From Candidatus Latescibacterota bacterium (GTDB taxonomy: Bacteria > Latescibacterota > UBA2968), in NCBI GenBank assembly GCA_965207885.1, contig OZ242311.1, positions 4,288,001 through 4,352,000 on the forward strand: a DNA stretch of 64,000 nt, in the 5' to 3' direction. Position 1 is the first letter of the stretch; every line of letters begins with the position of its first letter. Positions 47,696-58,060 of the stretch are shown piece after piece. The notes below the pieces were generated by a model, which worked only from the letters and a program-made list of their open reading frames with translations, was not told the DNA's origin and searched no databases. Both the position numbers and the translations under genes were made by a program.

Positions 47696-48553
47696 TCACA
47701 CTTCACACTTCTCCCCCGACTCCTGCGACTTCTCGAGCGCCTCGAGCACAGCAACGGGCGTGAGAATTGAGCCATCTGTTTCATCTGTCTCACCCGTACT
47801 GAACATACGACAAAAATCGAGAACACCTGTAAGATACGTATTCTCATCGTATCCGATCACGCGATCAGTGCGTCCCTTTTCCCCAATCACAGAAACGTGG
47901 AACCCCACGCGGCCTTCGCCAACGAGATTCATCGTTGAAATTGCGCCACTTGCAGAATAAAGCGTCGCAGTGTGATTTTGCTCCCCGCGATTGAGCTGTA
48001 CATGCGTAATATCCCAATCGAGCAGGCGCACGACCATATCGACCTGATGAATCCCGTAAAAAAAGACACCGCCATATTCAGAATCAATATCGCAGGGACC
48101 CGTCGAAACAACTGAAATAATGCGCCCGAGTTCTCGAACATCTTCTTGCAACTGCGCGAAAGACGCCTGCTTGGGCAAAACCGAAAACGAACACACAGGC
48201 ACATTGAGTTCACGCGCCCGGGCCAGAAATTCTTTGCCTTCGTCGAGACGATAGCAAAACGGCTTATCGACAAAAAGCGGAATCCCAGCCTCCAGCAATG
48301 GACGCACCGCAGGCAGGTGATATTTGGGATGGCGATGATCCACAATAGCCGCATCGACCTGCCCAATCAAATCTTCGGGATCTTGCACAATATTGGGAAT
48401 CAGCCCTCGCTCCTGTGCATCTTTCGCATCGTCCGGCGTCTCCCCCCAAACATGGGTAACGCTAAAACCGGACACGAGTTGATCAATATTAATCGTCTTT
48501 GCAATCGCCACAGTATGGCTATTCTCTGCGCCAATAATACCAATATTAGGCAT
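47696..48553 (-). CDS. Gfo/Idh/MocA oxidoreductase
   Basis: IGIIGAENSH, FVDKP, YGIH. Confidence 0.82.
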   Translation of the reverse strand: MPNIGIIGAENSHTVAIAKTINIDQLVSGFSVTHVWGETPDDAKDAQERGLIPNIVQDPEDLIGQVDAAIVDHRHPKYHLPAVRPLLEAGIPLFVDKPFCYRLDEGKEFLARARELNVPVCSFSVLPKQASFAQLQEDVRELGRIISVVSTGPCDIDSEYGGVFFYGIHQVDMVVRLLDWDITHVQLNRGEQNHTATLYSASGAISTMNLVGEGRVGFHVSVIGEKGRTDRVIGYDENTYLTGVLDFCRMFSTGETDETDGSILTPVAVLEALEKSQESGEKCEV

Positions 48554-48596
48554 AGTATCGCTCCTTTTGGTTATCTGTTTTCTGTTCCCTCTACCC

Positions 48597-49838
48597 TCAA
48601 CTCCACAGCCTGTCATTCACCTGTTCATCATTCCACGCATCTGTCGGTTCAAAATAGCCGGGCAAATTGGGATTGATATGTTCTTTAATCGCTTCCTCAT
48701 TCAAATCAACGCCGAGTCCGGGCGCGTCGGGCACCTGAATATAACCATTTTGAACAATGGGATTGGGCAAGCCAGTAACGAGCGTATTCCACGGCGGATA
48801 ATCAACCGCGTGGCATTCCAGAACCAGAAAATTATTTGTCGCAGCCGCGCAATGCACGCTCGCCATCGTCGCAACCGGCGTCGCCGCCATATGCAGAGCC
48901 ATCGCAATGCCGTGTTCCTCCGCGTAATCCCCAATCCGTTTGGTCTCGAGAATCCCCCCCGACGTGGCGAGATCCGGGTGAATAATCGAAACGGCTTTAT
49001 TATCGATCAGCGGCTTGAAATGTTCCAGAAGATAAATATCTTCACCCGTGCAAACCGGGGTCGCAGTTGCGTTCTTGAGGCGCACCCATTGATCGGTAAG
49101 TTGCCATGGAATCATATCTTCCAGCCATGCGAGATTAAACCGCTCGAGTGCGCGCGCAAGGCGAATACACGACTCCACATTGATATGCCCGAAGTGATCC
49201 GCAGCCAGAGGAATCTCGTACCCCACAATATCGCGCACAACGCCCACATATTGAACGAGAACATCGATACCCTTATCGGTAAGCTGAATACCCGTAAAAG
49301 GATGCATAACCTGCGTGGTTTCCAGCATACCCGCGGGGGAAGATACCGTACCCGGAATACCTTTGAGCAAACGCACGCCAATATCCATCTTCAAAAAAGT
49401 AAAACCCTGCTCCATGCGCGCCTTTAAGCGATTGCCCATCTCTTCGGGATCCGGCGTTGTGTGAGTATCGCAATAAATGCGGATCTGATCGCGGAATTTC
49501 CCACCTGCGAGCTGATAACAGGGCACGCCATAAGCTTTGCCCGCCAGATCCATCAAAGCCATCTCCACACCACACACACCGCCACTCTGTCGCGCATGCC
49601 ACCCGAACTGTTTGATCTTGCGAAACAGCTTATCCACATTACAGGGATTTTCACCCAAAAGCTGGCGCTTCAGTTGCAAAGCGTAAATATGACTGGCCCC
49701 ATCGCGCACCTCTCCCAAGCCATAAATACCCTGATTGGTATCCAGGCGAATAAGCGTAGAGCGCATAGGCACACCGGAAAGATTGACAACGCGCATATCG
49801 GTAATTCTGAGATCTGACGGGGATGAATGAGTATTCAT
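48597..49838 (-). CDS. Mandelate racemase/MLE enolase-superfamily enzyme
   Basis: EMALMDLAGKAYGVP, KMD, ADH, WLED, TGE, PGLG. Confidence 0.9.
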   Translation of the reverse strand: MNTHSSPSDLRITDMRVVNLSGVPMRSTLIRLDTNQGIYGLGEVRDGASHIYALQLKRQLLGENPCNVDKLFRKIKQFGWHARQSGGVCGVEMALMDLAGKAYGVPCYQLAGGKFRDQIRIYCDTHTTPDPEEMGNRLKARMEQGFTFLKMDIGVRLLKGIPGTVSSPAGMLETTQVMHPFTGIQLTDKGIDVLVQYVGVVRDIVGYEIPLAADHFGHINVESCIRLARALERFNLAWLEDMIPWQLTDQWVRLKNATATPVCTGEDIYLLEHFKPLIDNKAVSIIHPDLATSGGILETKRIGDYAEEHGIAMALHMAATPVATMASVHCAAATNNFLVLECHAVDYPPWNTLVTGLPNPIVQNGYIQVPDAPGLGVDLNEEAIKEHINPNLPGYFEPTDAWNDEQVNDRLWS

Positions 49839-49862
49839 AAAATTCTCCTGTGCATTCTTTCA

Positions 49863-51068
49863 TCACGGTCGCATGGGCGACCCATCTGGTGCCCGCGTTT
49901 GCGTCCACATAATAACCTCATCTTCGGGCGGATATTTTGCAGCGAGATCCTCGTCAATATCAATGCCCAGACCGGGATCATCATTGGGATACATATAGCC
50001 CCCGCGCACCTCGGGCAGCCCGGGAAACATATCATAGACGAGATCGTTGAAACGGCACCACTCCTGAATACCGAAATTGGGTGCCCACAGGTCAAGGTGC
50101 AAATTGGCCGCGTGACCAACAGGTGATGTATCGCCGGGACCGTGCCACGCCGTGCGCACATTGTACATATTGGCATAAGCAGCGACATTGCGCGCAGGAG
50201 TAATACCACCCATCTGGCTGACGTGCATGCGAATAAAATCAATGAGCCGATCTTGAATGAGAGGCATCCACTCGTGCGGATGATTAAACAGTTCGCCCAT
50301 CGCCAGGGGCGTAGCGCACTGCGCGCGCATGTGGTGAAAATACGCATTGTCTTCCGGCGCGAGAGCATCTTCCAAAAAGAAAAGCTTAAAAGGCTCTACA
50401 TCTTTGGCGAACTGGATCGCGTCAATCGGGCGCAAACGCTCGTGAATATCGTGCAAAAGCTCGACCTCAGGCCCGATCTCTGCGCGCACATGCTCAATCA
50501 TATCGCACATACGACGACAATATTCTCGCGGATGATAATAAGCACCATCGGGCGCACCATCGGGTTTTTGAATCGTATCTGACTGCCCCCCATATCCCCC
50601 CATCTGCACGCGGATGTGGCGATAGCCCTGTGCCATAAAGTGACGCACGCTATCCACCACTTCGTACTTGTCGCGCCCACTGGCATGAGCATACGTATCT
50701 GCCGCCTCTCGACATTTCCCGCCCAGAAGTTGATACACGGGCATACCCGCGCGTTTGCCCTTAATATCCCACAACGCCTGATCCACCCCCGATATGGCAT
50801 TATTGAGCACGGGGCCATTGCGCCAGTACCCATTGACCATGCTCATCTGCCAGATTTCCTCAATGCGATCCACATCGCGGCCAATAACAAAAGGCTTGAG
50901 ATGTTTTTCAATAGCCGTACGCACCGCGTGGAACCGCTGCGTAAACGTCGCGCAACCCAACCCGTAAAGACCGGGTTCTGACGTAATAAGTTTGACAATA
51001 ACGAGCCGCGAACCCGCAGGCTGCGTCACAATGGTTTTAACGTCTTTAATAGTTACAATTTCTGACAT
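49863..51068 (-). CDS. RspA/mannonate-dehydratase-like enolase
   Basis: GYWRNGP, RVQ, LLHDIHERL, MGELF, WHGPGDTSP. Confidence 0.9.
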   Translation of the reverse strand: MSEIVTIKDVKTIVTQPAGSRLVIVKLITSEPGLYGLGCATFTQRFHAVRTAIEKHLKPFVIGRDVDRIEEIWQMSMVNGYWRNGPVLNNAISGVDQALWDIKGKRAGMPVYQLLGGKCREAADTYAHASGRDKYEVVDSVRHFMAQGYRHIRVQMGGYGGQSDTIQKPDGAPDGAYYHPREYCRRMCDMIEHVRAEIGPEVELLHDIHERLRPIDAIQFAKDVEPFKLFFLEDALAPEDNAYFHHMRAQCATPLAMGELFNHPHEWMPLIQDRLIDFIRMHVSQMGGITPARNVAAYANMYNVRTAWHGPGDTSPVGHAANLHLDLWAPNFGIQEWCRFNDLVYDMFPGLPEVRGGYMYPNDDPGLGIDIDEDLAAKYPPEDEVIMWTQTRAPDGSPMRP

Positions 51069-51083
51069 ATCTGCTCCAAATCT

Positions 51084-52124
51084 TTACAGCCCCTCGGGCA
51101 ACGCGAGATTAAATCGCCGCGCGGCTTTGCGGAGTTTTTCCGCCGTACCCGCTGGAATGGGAATACCTTCGGCAGCGCGTTCGACAAGGGTGCGATTTTC
51201 GGGTTCCCCTGGCATGAGCACATCGTCAAAGCCATCTGCTCTGGGCAGTGCTTTGAGTTCATCGATCAAATTATCGACGTGGTCTTTGTAATCATCCAGA
51301 TCAACAAAAAAGGAAATATCAATCGCAGCGACAATGCCGTTTTGCTTTCTCGAATTCTCGCCCCCGCGCAATACGGGAACGAGCAGAGGATTATTGACCA
51401 TCAAACTGGACAAACACTGAAAAACCAGAGCCAGACCCGATCCCTTGGGACCACCTGCCGGACGCAAGATAACCCCCTTACGCGCATCCGTCGTCGGATT
51501 GCCCTCGGCATCGAGTGCCCAATCTTCGCCCAGCGGCACGCCCTTATCCTGCGCGAGCTGAAGTTTGCCCCCCGCTGCCACACTTGTCGCCATATCGAGA
51601 CTGATGGGATCGCGTTTATTCGCCGGAACCGCAACGGCTATCGGGCTATTGTGTACGCCCGCTGCCTTCGCGCCAAAAGGGGCCATATTGGGCGGACTGC
51701 AAACAATGGCAATCCCGGCAAAGCCCTCCTGTGCCGCCATCAAAGAATAATAAGCCATCGCGCCCTGATGCGTAACATCGCTGAGCAACACCCATCCGAT
51801 ACCCACATTTTTTGCCTTCTCAATGGCTTTTTTCATCGCAGGCACAGTCGCCACAGGTCCAAGAGCGCGGTCGCACGCAATGTGGGCAACCGCTGGCGAC
51901 TCTTTCACAACGCGAATATTGGGCCGAGGATTCATCGCGCCTGTCTCAATATTGTTGAGATACGAAATAATGCGCAAAACCCCGTGAGAATCGACCCCAC
52001 GCAGATTCGCCCAAATAAGCACTTCTGCTTCTATGGCGGCATCTTCGGGCGGCATACCCGCGTTTTCAAAAACGGATTGGATAAACGGTTCCAGATGTTC
52101 TGCGCGAATGCGAATGTCCGACAT
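51084..52124 (-). CDS. Ldh_2 family (malate/L-lactate/L-sulfolactate dehydrogenase-like)
   Basis: RGVDSHG, DMATS, GGPKGSGL, MPGE. Confidence 0.9.
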   Translation of the reverse strand: MSDIRIRAEHLEPFIQSVFENAGMPPEDAAIEAEVLIWANLRGVDSHGVLRIISYLNNIETGAMNPRPNIRVVKESPAVAHIACDRALGPVATVPAMKKAIEKAKNVGIGWVLLSDVTHQGAMAYYSLMAAQEGFAGIAIVCSPPNMAPFGAKAAGVHNSPIAVAVPANKRDPISLDMATSVAAGGKLQLAQDKGVPLGEDWALDAEGNPTTDARKGVILRPAGGPKGSGLALVFQCLSSLMVNNPLLVPVLRGGENSRKQNGIVAAIDISFFVDLDDYKDHVDNLIDELKALPRADGFDDVLMPGEPENRTLVERAAEGIPIPAGTAEKLRKAARRFNLALPEGL

Positions 52125-52271
52125 GGCAATCCTTTCTAATAGGCTTCAAGAGACCTTGACTTTGAAATTTTTTTCCGCTATGCTGTCTGACAAATTAGTT
52201 TCGCGTTTTTGAAGCGTCAAGATAATAAATCCCAACGAAAAAAAGAAAAACAACTTCTGGAGGGCCTACTT

Positions 52272-53831
52272 ATGAAACAATGTTTTGAACATTATCGGAC
52301 ATTGCGAAAAGAGATGGATGCGTGGTTAGACCAGAGCCGCCGGATGGACCCGCCGAGCAGACATGGCGGAGGCGAAGATGAAGCGAACTATTCGCTGGCC
52401 TGGTTCCCTCACTATCTCATCACGGGAAATGACGGGGTGCGAGAGCACTTTGAACACCTGCGCGATATGCTCGCCGGATGGGTGGAACGGGACTGCCTGC
52501 ACGGTTATGAACCCGAAGCCGAAGCCCATCACGGAACCGAACCCTTTCTGCTCTTTTTGCCGCGTTACCTGGGATTATTTCCCAAAGACGAAAAAGCAAA
52601 CGCACTCCTACAAGACGCTGCCGAACACATCGGCAACTGGGTTGAAGACATTCCCGAATGGTTTGACTGGGAGCGCAATCGGTTTTACGGATATTATATT
52701 GGCACGCGCACAGTAGGACGAGACGATGGCTACGACGCCGAAATAGCCGAGCACTTCCGATTTGTCCACATTGCCCTGGCCGCACACAGAATGACGGGAC
52801 AAAACCGGTATCTGGATTGGGCTTTGCAATACGGTAAGCGCCGGGCAGAGATGATTGTCGCCATACCAGATGGTCCCTTGCCCATTGCCTGGGATGCAAA
52901 CGGACAACCGAGATTTGGCAAGCAGGCGACTGGAAAACAAAAAAAGGCGGCACAAGCCGGGCATCACGTCCCTGACGATCCGCTCATCGGAGTCGAAGTA
53001 CTGCTGGCTTCCGGCGTCATATACGCCCTGGGCGATCTATTCGAAGCATCGGGGGACGCTGTATTTCACCAGGCGGCGCGGCGAATTGCAGAACCGATGA
53101 TCAATGAATTGCTGGACCCGTATTCGGACCCCGGCGCAGCGGCGATCTCCCATTTTAGACGACAGTTCTCCGATCCCTCTCTGGACGAGGCAATTCAGGC
53201 ACAAATCGCGCGTTTTTCCGACCTGCAAGAAGGCGAAATAGCCATGGTCTTTCCACAGGCGCGCCGCCGCGATTGGCCCGGCGTGGGCAAGCGCAACGAC
53301 ATGACGTATTGGGGAATATGGAATGGCGACGGCTCTGTAACACCCACAACAGAACCGAGCACAGCGGCACTAACGCTGGCCTATCAGGTGACGGGTGATG
53401 AGCACTATGCCGAACGCGCATTAAAGCAAGCAGCTGACAAGCTGATGATGGCGCGTCGGGTGCTACGCGGTGGCAGAGAACACGCCGATATGGGAGGCGC
53501 AATCTGTTCGACAGCAGCCGGACACGGACGTAACTGGGGCATTGGACCCGTGACCGGGTGTTACGGCCCATTGCTCTTGGGCACGCGAGAAGTAAAAAGC
53601 AACGTGACGCCAACAGTCGAAGTAAAACACGCCACTGGCGAGCGTGGCATTCCCCATCAAATTCTTCCACTCGTAATCCATTCCGGAACAGATGTGGATG
53701 GCGTGATGTTTTACAATGGCGGCGATTCAGACATCTCATTCTCGTGGCGATTTGAGGACAACGGATGGCAGATCCTCACAGTGGAAGCTGGCGAAGTTGC
53801 CAATTGTGGTGTGACAGGAGTCATGGCATGA
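52272..53831 (+). CDS. Hypothetical protein, possibly alpha/alpha-barrel glycoside-active fold
   Basis: 520-codon ORF, ATGA-coupled to the next gene; RYLDWA-type helical repeats. Confidence 0.65.
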   Translation: MKQCFEHYRTLRKEMDAWLDQSRRMDPPSRHGGGEDEANYSLAWFPHYLITGNDGVREHFEHLRDMLAGWVERDCLHGYEPEAEAHHGTEPFLLFLPRYLGLFPKDEKANALLQDAAEHIGNWVEDIPEWFDWERNRFYGYYIGTRTVGRDDGYDAEIAEHFRFVHIALAAHRMTGQNRYLDWALQYGKRRAEMIVAIPDGPLPIAWDANGQPRFGKQATGKQKKAAQAGHHVPDDPLIGVEVLLASGVIYALGDLFEASGDAVFHQAARRIAEPMINELLDPYSDPGAAAISHFRRQFSDPSLDEAIQAQIARFSDLQEGEIAMVFPQARRRDWPGVGKRNDMTYWGIWNGDGSVTPTTEPSTAALTLAYQVTGDEHYAERALKQAADKLMMARRVLRGGREHADMGGAICSTAAGHGRNWGIGPVTGCYGPLLLGTREVKSNVTPTVEVKHATGERGIPHQILPLVIHSGTDVDGVMFYNGGDSDISFSWRFEDNGWQILTVEAGEVANCGVTGVMA

Positions 53832-54805
53832 AATATCGCACACTGGGACAGACTGGCCTCGAGGTATCGGAAATTGGATTGGGTGCCTTTCCCATCTCGG
53901 GAAGACAACAGCGGGCAGATGGAAGTATCGAAGTGTGGTCGGGCACAAGCGATGCGGAATCCATCGCGCTGATCCATCGCTGTGAAGAACTCGGTGTAAA
54001 TCTAATCGATTCTGCGGAAGGCTATGGAGACGGACACAGCGAAGAACTCGTCGGACAAGCCCTACAGGGACGGCGAGATAAATGGATCATTGCGACCAAA
54101 GTGCAGCCAAACCGGGACATTGACCAGAACGATGAGCAATCAGTACACAACCGAATTGTCGAAGCATGCGAAAACAGCTTGAAACGCATGCAAACGGATT
54201 TTATCGACATTTATCAACTACACGCGATCCCGCACGAATGGGCCATGCCCGCCGTAATGAAAACCCTCGAAAAATTGCACCAAGAAGGCAAAATCAGATG
54301 GTACGGTATCTCGACCAACAACCGGGAAGCCATCGACAAACTGCGGACGTTGGGCCACATCCACATCTTGCAGATCGGATACAATTTGTTAGAACGCAGT
54401 GCCGACGAATTACTGCACTGGTCAAAAGAGCAAAAAATAGGCACACTCATCCGCGTACCCCTTGCAAAAGGCCAATTGACCGGAAAATACTTTGGACAGA
54501 ATGCCGAGCAAATACCGCAAAACGATTTGCGGTACGAGCGGTTTCAACGTCCTGCAGTGCAAGAGGGATTAAAAAAACTACCCGAACTTTTGTTTTTACA
54601 AACAGAGCATCGAACCATGGCACAGGCAGCCCTGCGGTTTGTGTTAGACCACCCCGGTGTATCCTGCGTCATTGCCGGCGCAAAAAATCGACAACAAGTT
54701 GAAGACAACACAGCGGCATCAGACATGCCACCGCTCACACACGAAGAACTATCTCGCGCCCTTCCCATCGCAGATGTGATTGGCACAGCGGGATGGATTG
54801 GGTGA
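53828..54805 (+). CDS. Aldo/keto reductase
   Basis: YRTLGQTGLEVSEIGLG, DSAEGYG, ATK, DIYQLH. Confidence 0.92.
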   Translation: MKYRTLGQTGLEVSEIGLGAFPISGRQQRADGSIEVWSGTSDAESIALIHRCEELGVNLIDSAEGYGDGHSEELVGQALQGRRDKWIIATKVQPNRDIDQNDEQSVHNRIVEACENSLKRMQTDFIDIYQLHAIPHEWAMPAVMKTLEKLHQEGKIRWYGISTNNREAIDKLRTLGHIHILQIGYNLLERSADELLHWSKEQKIGTLIRVPLAKGQLTGKYFGQNAEQIPQNDLRYERFQRPAVQEGLKKLPELLFLQTEHRTMAQAALRFVLDHPGVSCVIAGAKNRQQVEDNTAASDMPPLTHEELSRALPIADVIGTAGWIG

Positions 54806-54820
54806 ATCAGGAGGATTATC

Positions 54821-55960
54821 ATGAAAATCACTGCATTAAAAACATTCATTGCGCCCACAACGGGAAATTTTTTCGTCAAAGTCGAAACAGACGAAGGTAT
54901 TTACGGCCTAGGAGAAGCGGGCGTAATACATCGCGGAACCGCGATAGCCGAAGTGATCCGCTCGTTTTCCCCAGACGTTATCGGGCAAGACCCCTTTCGG
55001 ATCGAATATTTGTGGCAGGTCATGTTTCGCGGCGGATTTTTTCCAGGCGGCGTGGTACAGTCAGCGGCAGTGAGCGCCGTTGACATCGCGCTCTGGGACA
55101 TCAAAGGCAAAGCTCTGGGCGTACCCGTCTATGAACTCCTGGGCGGAAGAACCCGCGACAAAGTGGCGTGTTATCCGCATGTTGGCGATAAGAACAATAT
55201 CGATCGGCTGGTCGCAAACTGTGTGCAACGACAGGAAGAAGGCTGGAAATTTGCCCGATGGAGCATGAGCGACCCCACAGGTCCCAATGTATTTGAACCT
55301 TCGCGCGCCGTGCGTTATGGCATTGAACAGGTAAAAGCCGTGCGCGAAGCCTGTGGCGATGAATTCGAAATCTGTGTCGATGTTCACACGCGACTGGACC
55401 CCACCTGGGTCATTGCATATTGCAAAGGCGTGGAACCCTATCGCCCATTTTTTATCGAAGATCCATTGCGAAGTGAAAGCACGCAGAGCCTGCGCCTCGT
55501 GCGACAAAATACGCATCTGCCCTTAGCCATTGGCGAACAATTCGATAGCAAGTGGAAATTCCAGCAGGTAATCGAAGAGGATTTAATGGACTATTGCCGC
55601 GTTGACCTCTGCATTGCGGGCGGTTTGACCGAAGCAAAAAAGATCGCGGGCTGGTGCGAGACACATTATATTCACCTGGCTCCTCACAATCCACTGGGAC
55701 CCGTGTCAACAGCCGCGTGTTTGCACCTGTGTCTATCCTCTTCTCTCGTCGGCGTACAAGAATTGCCCAGATCCACCATGACCACCTTGACAGATGTATT
55801 CCCCAAACAAATGCCCTATGCAGACGGCCATCTGCTCGTCCCCGAAGGACCGGGATTAGGCATTGAATTTAACGAAGACGCGATTGCAGACGCAACTCCT
55901 CCCGAACCCTCTACAGGCTGGGGTTACCGCCGCGAAGACGGATCGTACGCAAATTGGTAA
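54821..55960 (+). CDS. Galactonate-dehydratase-like enolase, tandem copy 1
   Basis: DIALWDIKGK, DVH, IEDP, IGE, HNP. Confidence 0.9.
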   Translation: MKITALKTFIAPTTGNFFVKVETDEGIYGLGEAGVIHRGTAIAEVIRSFSPDVIGQDPFRIEYLWQVMFRGGFFPGGVVQSAAVSAVDIALWDIKGKALGVPVYELLGGRTRDKVACYPHVGDKNNIDRLVANCVQRQEEGWKFARWSMSDPTGPNVFEPSRAVRYGIEQVKAVREACGDEFEICVDVHTRLDPTWVIAYCKGVEPYRPFFIEDPLRSESTQSLRLVRQNTHLPLAIGEQFDSKWKFQQVIEEDLMDYCRVDLCIAGGLTEAKKIAGWCETHYIHLAPHNPLGPVSTAACLHLCLSSSLVGVQELPRSTMTTLTDVFPKQMPYADGHLLVPEGPGLGIEFNEDAIADATPPEPSTGWGYRREDGSYANW

Positions 55961-56091
55961 AAAAGGAGTATTAAAGATGCGGATACAATAGTACCTCGGC
56001 CTGCTCTCATTGATTTATTTGCGCGCCCAACGCACAACTTTAATACAACTCAGAAGCATCTGTATGTATCCATCTTTTCAGGAGAATAATC

Positions 56092-57231
56092 ATGAAAATC
56101 ACCGCATTAAAAACATTCGTCGTTCCCACAACGGGAAATTTTTTCGTCAAAGTCGAAACAGGCGAAGGTATTTATGGTCTGGGAGAAGCGGGCTTAAAGC
56201 GTCGCGGAACCGCGATTGCCGAAGTAATACGTTCGTTTTCCCCAGACGTCATCGGGCAAGACCCCTTTCGGATCGAACATTTGTGGCAAGTCATGTTTCG
56301 CGGCGGATTTTTCCCGGGCGGCGTGGTACAGTCAGCGGCAGTAAGCGCCGTTGATATCGCGCTCTGGGATATCAAAGGCAAAGCCCTGGGCGTACCCGTC
56401 TATGAACTACTGGGCGGCAGAACCCGCGACAAAGTGGCGTGTTATCCGCATATTGGCGAACGGGACAATATCGACCGCCTGATCGCAAATTGTGTGCAAC
56501 GACAGGAGGAAGGCTGGAAATTTGTGCGATGGGGCCTGAGCGATCCCACAGACCCCAATGTATTTGAACCTTCGCGCGCCGTGCGTCACGGCATCAAACA
56601 GGTAAAAGCCGTGCGCGAAGCCTGTGGCGATGAAATAGAAATCTGCGTCGATGTTCACACGCGACTGGACCCCGCCTGGGTCATTGCATATTGCAAAGGC
56701 GTGGAACCCTATCGCCCATTTTTTATCGAAGACCCATTGCGAAGTGAAAGCACGCAGAGCCTGCGTCTCGTACGACAAAATACGCATCTGCCCTTAGCCA
56801 TTGGCGAACAATTCGATAGCAAGTGGAAATTTCAGCAAGTAATCGAAGAGGATTTAATGGACTATTGCCGCGTTGACCTCTGCATTGCGGGCGGCTTGAC
56901 CGAAGCAAAAAAGATCGCGGGCTGGTGCGAGACACATTATATTCACCTGGCCCCCCACAATCCACTGGGACCCGTGTCAACAGCCGCGTGTTTGCACCTG
57001 TGTCTATCCTCTTCTCTCGTGGGCGTACAGGAATTGCCCAGACCTCCCATGACCACCTTGACAGATGTATTCCCCAAACAAATGCCCTATGCAGACGGCC
57101 ATCTGCTCGTCCCCGAGGGACCGGGATTGGGCATTGAATTTAACGAAGACGCGATTGCAGACGTATCCCCTCCCGAACCCTCTACAGGATCGGGATTCCG
57201 CCGCGCGGACGGATCGTACACAAATTGGTAA
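56092..57231 (+). CDS. Galactonate-dehydratase-like enolase, tandem copy 2
   Basis: Same length (379 aa) and near-identical to copy 1. Confidence 0.9.
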   Translation: MKITALKTFVVPTTGNFFVKVETGEGIYGLGEAGLKRRGTAIAEVIRSFSPDVIGQDPFRIEHLWQVMFRGGFFPGGVVQSAAVSAVDIALWDIKGKALGVPVYELLGGRTRDKVACYPHIGERDNIDRLIANCVQRQEEGWKFVRWGLSDPTDPNVFEPSRAVRHGIKQVKAVREACGDEIEICVDVHTRLDPAWVIAYCKGVEPYRPFFIEDPLRSESTQSLRLVRQNTHLPLAIGEQFDSKWKFQQVIEEDLMDYCRVDLCIAGGLTEAKKIAGWCETHYIHLAPHNPLGPVSTAACLHLCLSSSLVGVQELPRPPMTTLTDVFPKQMPYADGHLLVPEGPGLGIEFNEDAIADVSPPEPSTGSGFRRADGSYTNW

Positions 57232-57246
57232 AAAGGAGCACTAAAA

Positions 57247-58029
57247 ATGCGGAAACAACAATACCCCGGCCTATTAGCACTAATCGCTTGCATCCTCCTG
57301 CAGCCGGCCGCGGTAATCGCCCAAACCTCATTCCAATTTCAATACGGCAAACTCACAAACCCGTTTTCCGGGGCCGAGGAATACACCTCTATTCTCACCG
57401 TGCAACAGGCAGCGCAGTGGCAATATGGCGACAGTTTCTTTTTCATCGACTTTCTGGAAGATGGCGTTCCGGATGGCTTCAACGACAAAAGTATCTACGG
57501 CGAATGGTATCCGACCCTCAGCATTGGCAAACTGACGAACACAGAGATCAGCATCGGTCCCATCAGAGATATTTCCATAATCGCTGGATTCAATGCCGAT
57601 TCCGATGCCAATGTCCTCAAATACCTGCCCGGCGTCCGGGCTTCGTGGAACGTGCCTGGCTTCTTCTTTGTCAACACCGACCTGACCGCCCTGGTCGACG
57701 CCAGCAGCGGCACAGCGCACGGCGGCGCGCCCACAACGAGCAACAGCTTTGTATTCGACATCAATTGGGGAACAGCCTTCGGGACCGACAGCCAGACCTT
57801 CGGTTTCTTCGGTCATGCAGAATACATCGGTTCTCAGACCAACGAATTTGGCAGCGAAGTCAAAAGCTGGCTCCTCGTGCAGCCACAACTCACCTATGAC
57901 TTGAGCAAAGCGATAAACGGCGAGGGCAACACGCTCTTTGTCGGCATAGAATACCAGTACTGGTGGAACAAACTCGGCACCACCACTACCGAAAATGTCG
58001 TGCAATTACTGGTCGTGTGGCAACTCTGA
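57247..58029 (+). CDS. Tsx/OmpK-like nucleoside-channel outer-membrane protein
   Basis: Signal peptide; W.YGDSFFFID, YGEWYP.LS, GIEYQYW.NKLG. Confidence 0.8.
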   Translation: MRKQQYPGLLALIACILLQPAAVIAQTSFQFQYGKLTNPFSGAEEYTSILTVQQAAQWQYGDSFFFIDFLEDGVPDGFNDKSIYGEWYPTLSIGKLTNTEISIGPIRDISIIAGFNADSDANVLKYLPGVRASWNVPGFFFVNTDLTALVDASSGTAHGGAPTTSNSFVFDINWGTAFGTDSQTFGFFGHAEYIGSQTNEFGSEVKSWLLVQPQLTYDLSKAINGEGNTLFVGIEYQYWWNKLGTTTTENVVQLLVVWQL

Positions 58030-58060
58030 TTTCTTTGAAAAAACAAAAAGGAATTTCACC

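Noticed and set aside
47690-48610. Short heptamer-like repeats at gene ends (ACTTCAC at about 47693, TCTGTT at about 48574; also TCAG-type at about 63799)
   Set aside because: Only 2-4 degenerate units each; too weak to call a feature
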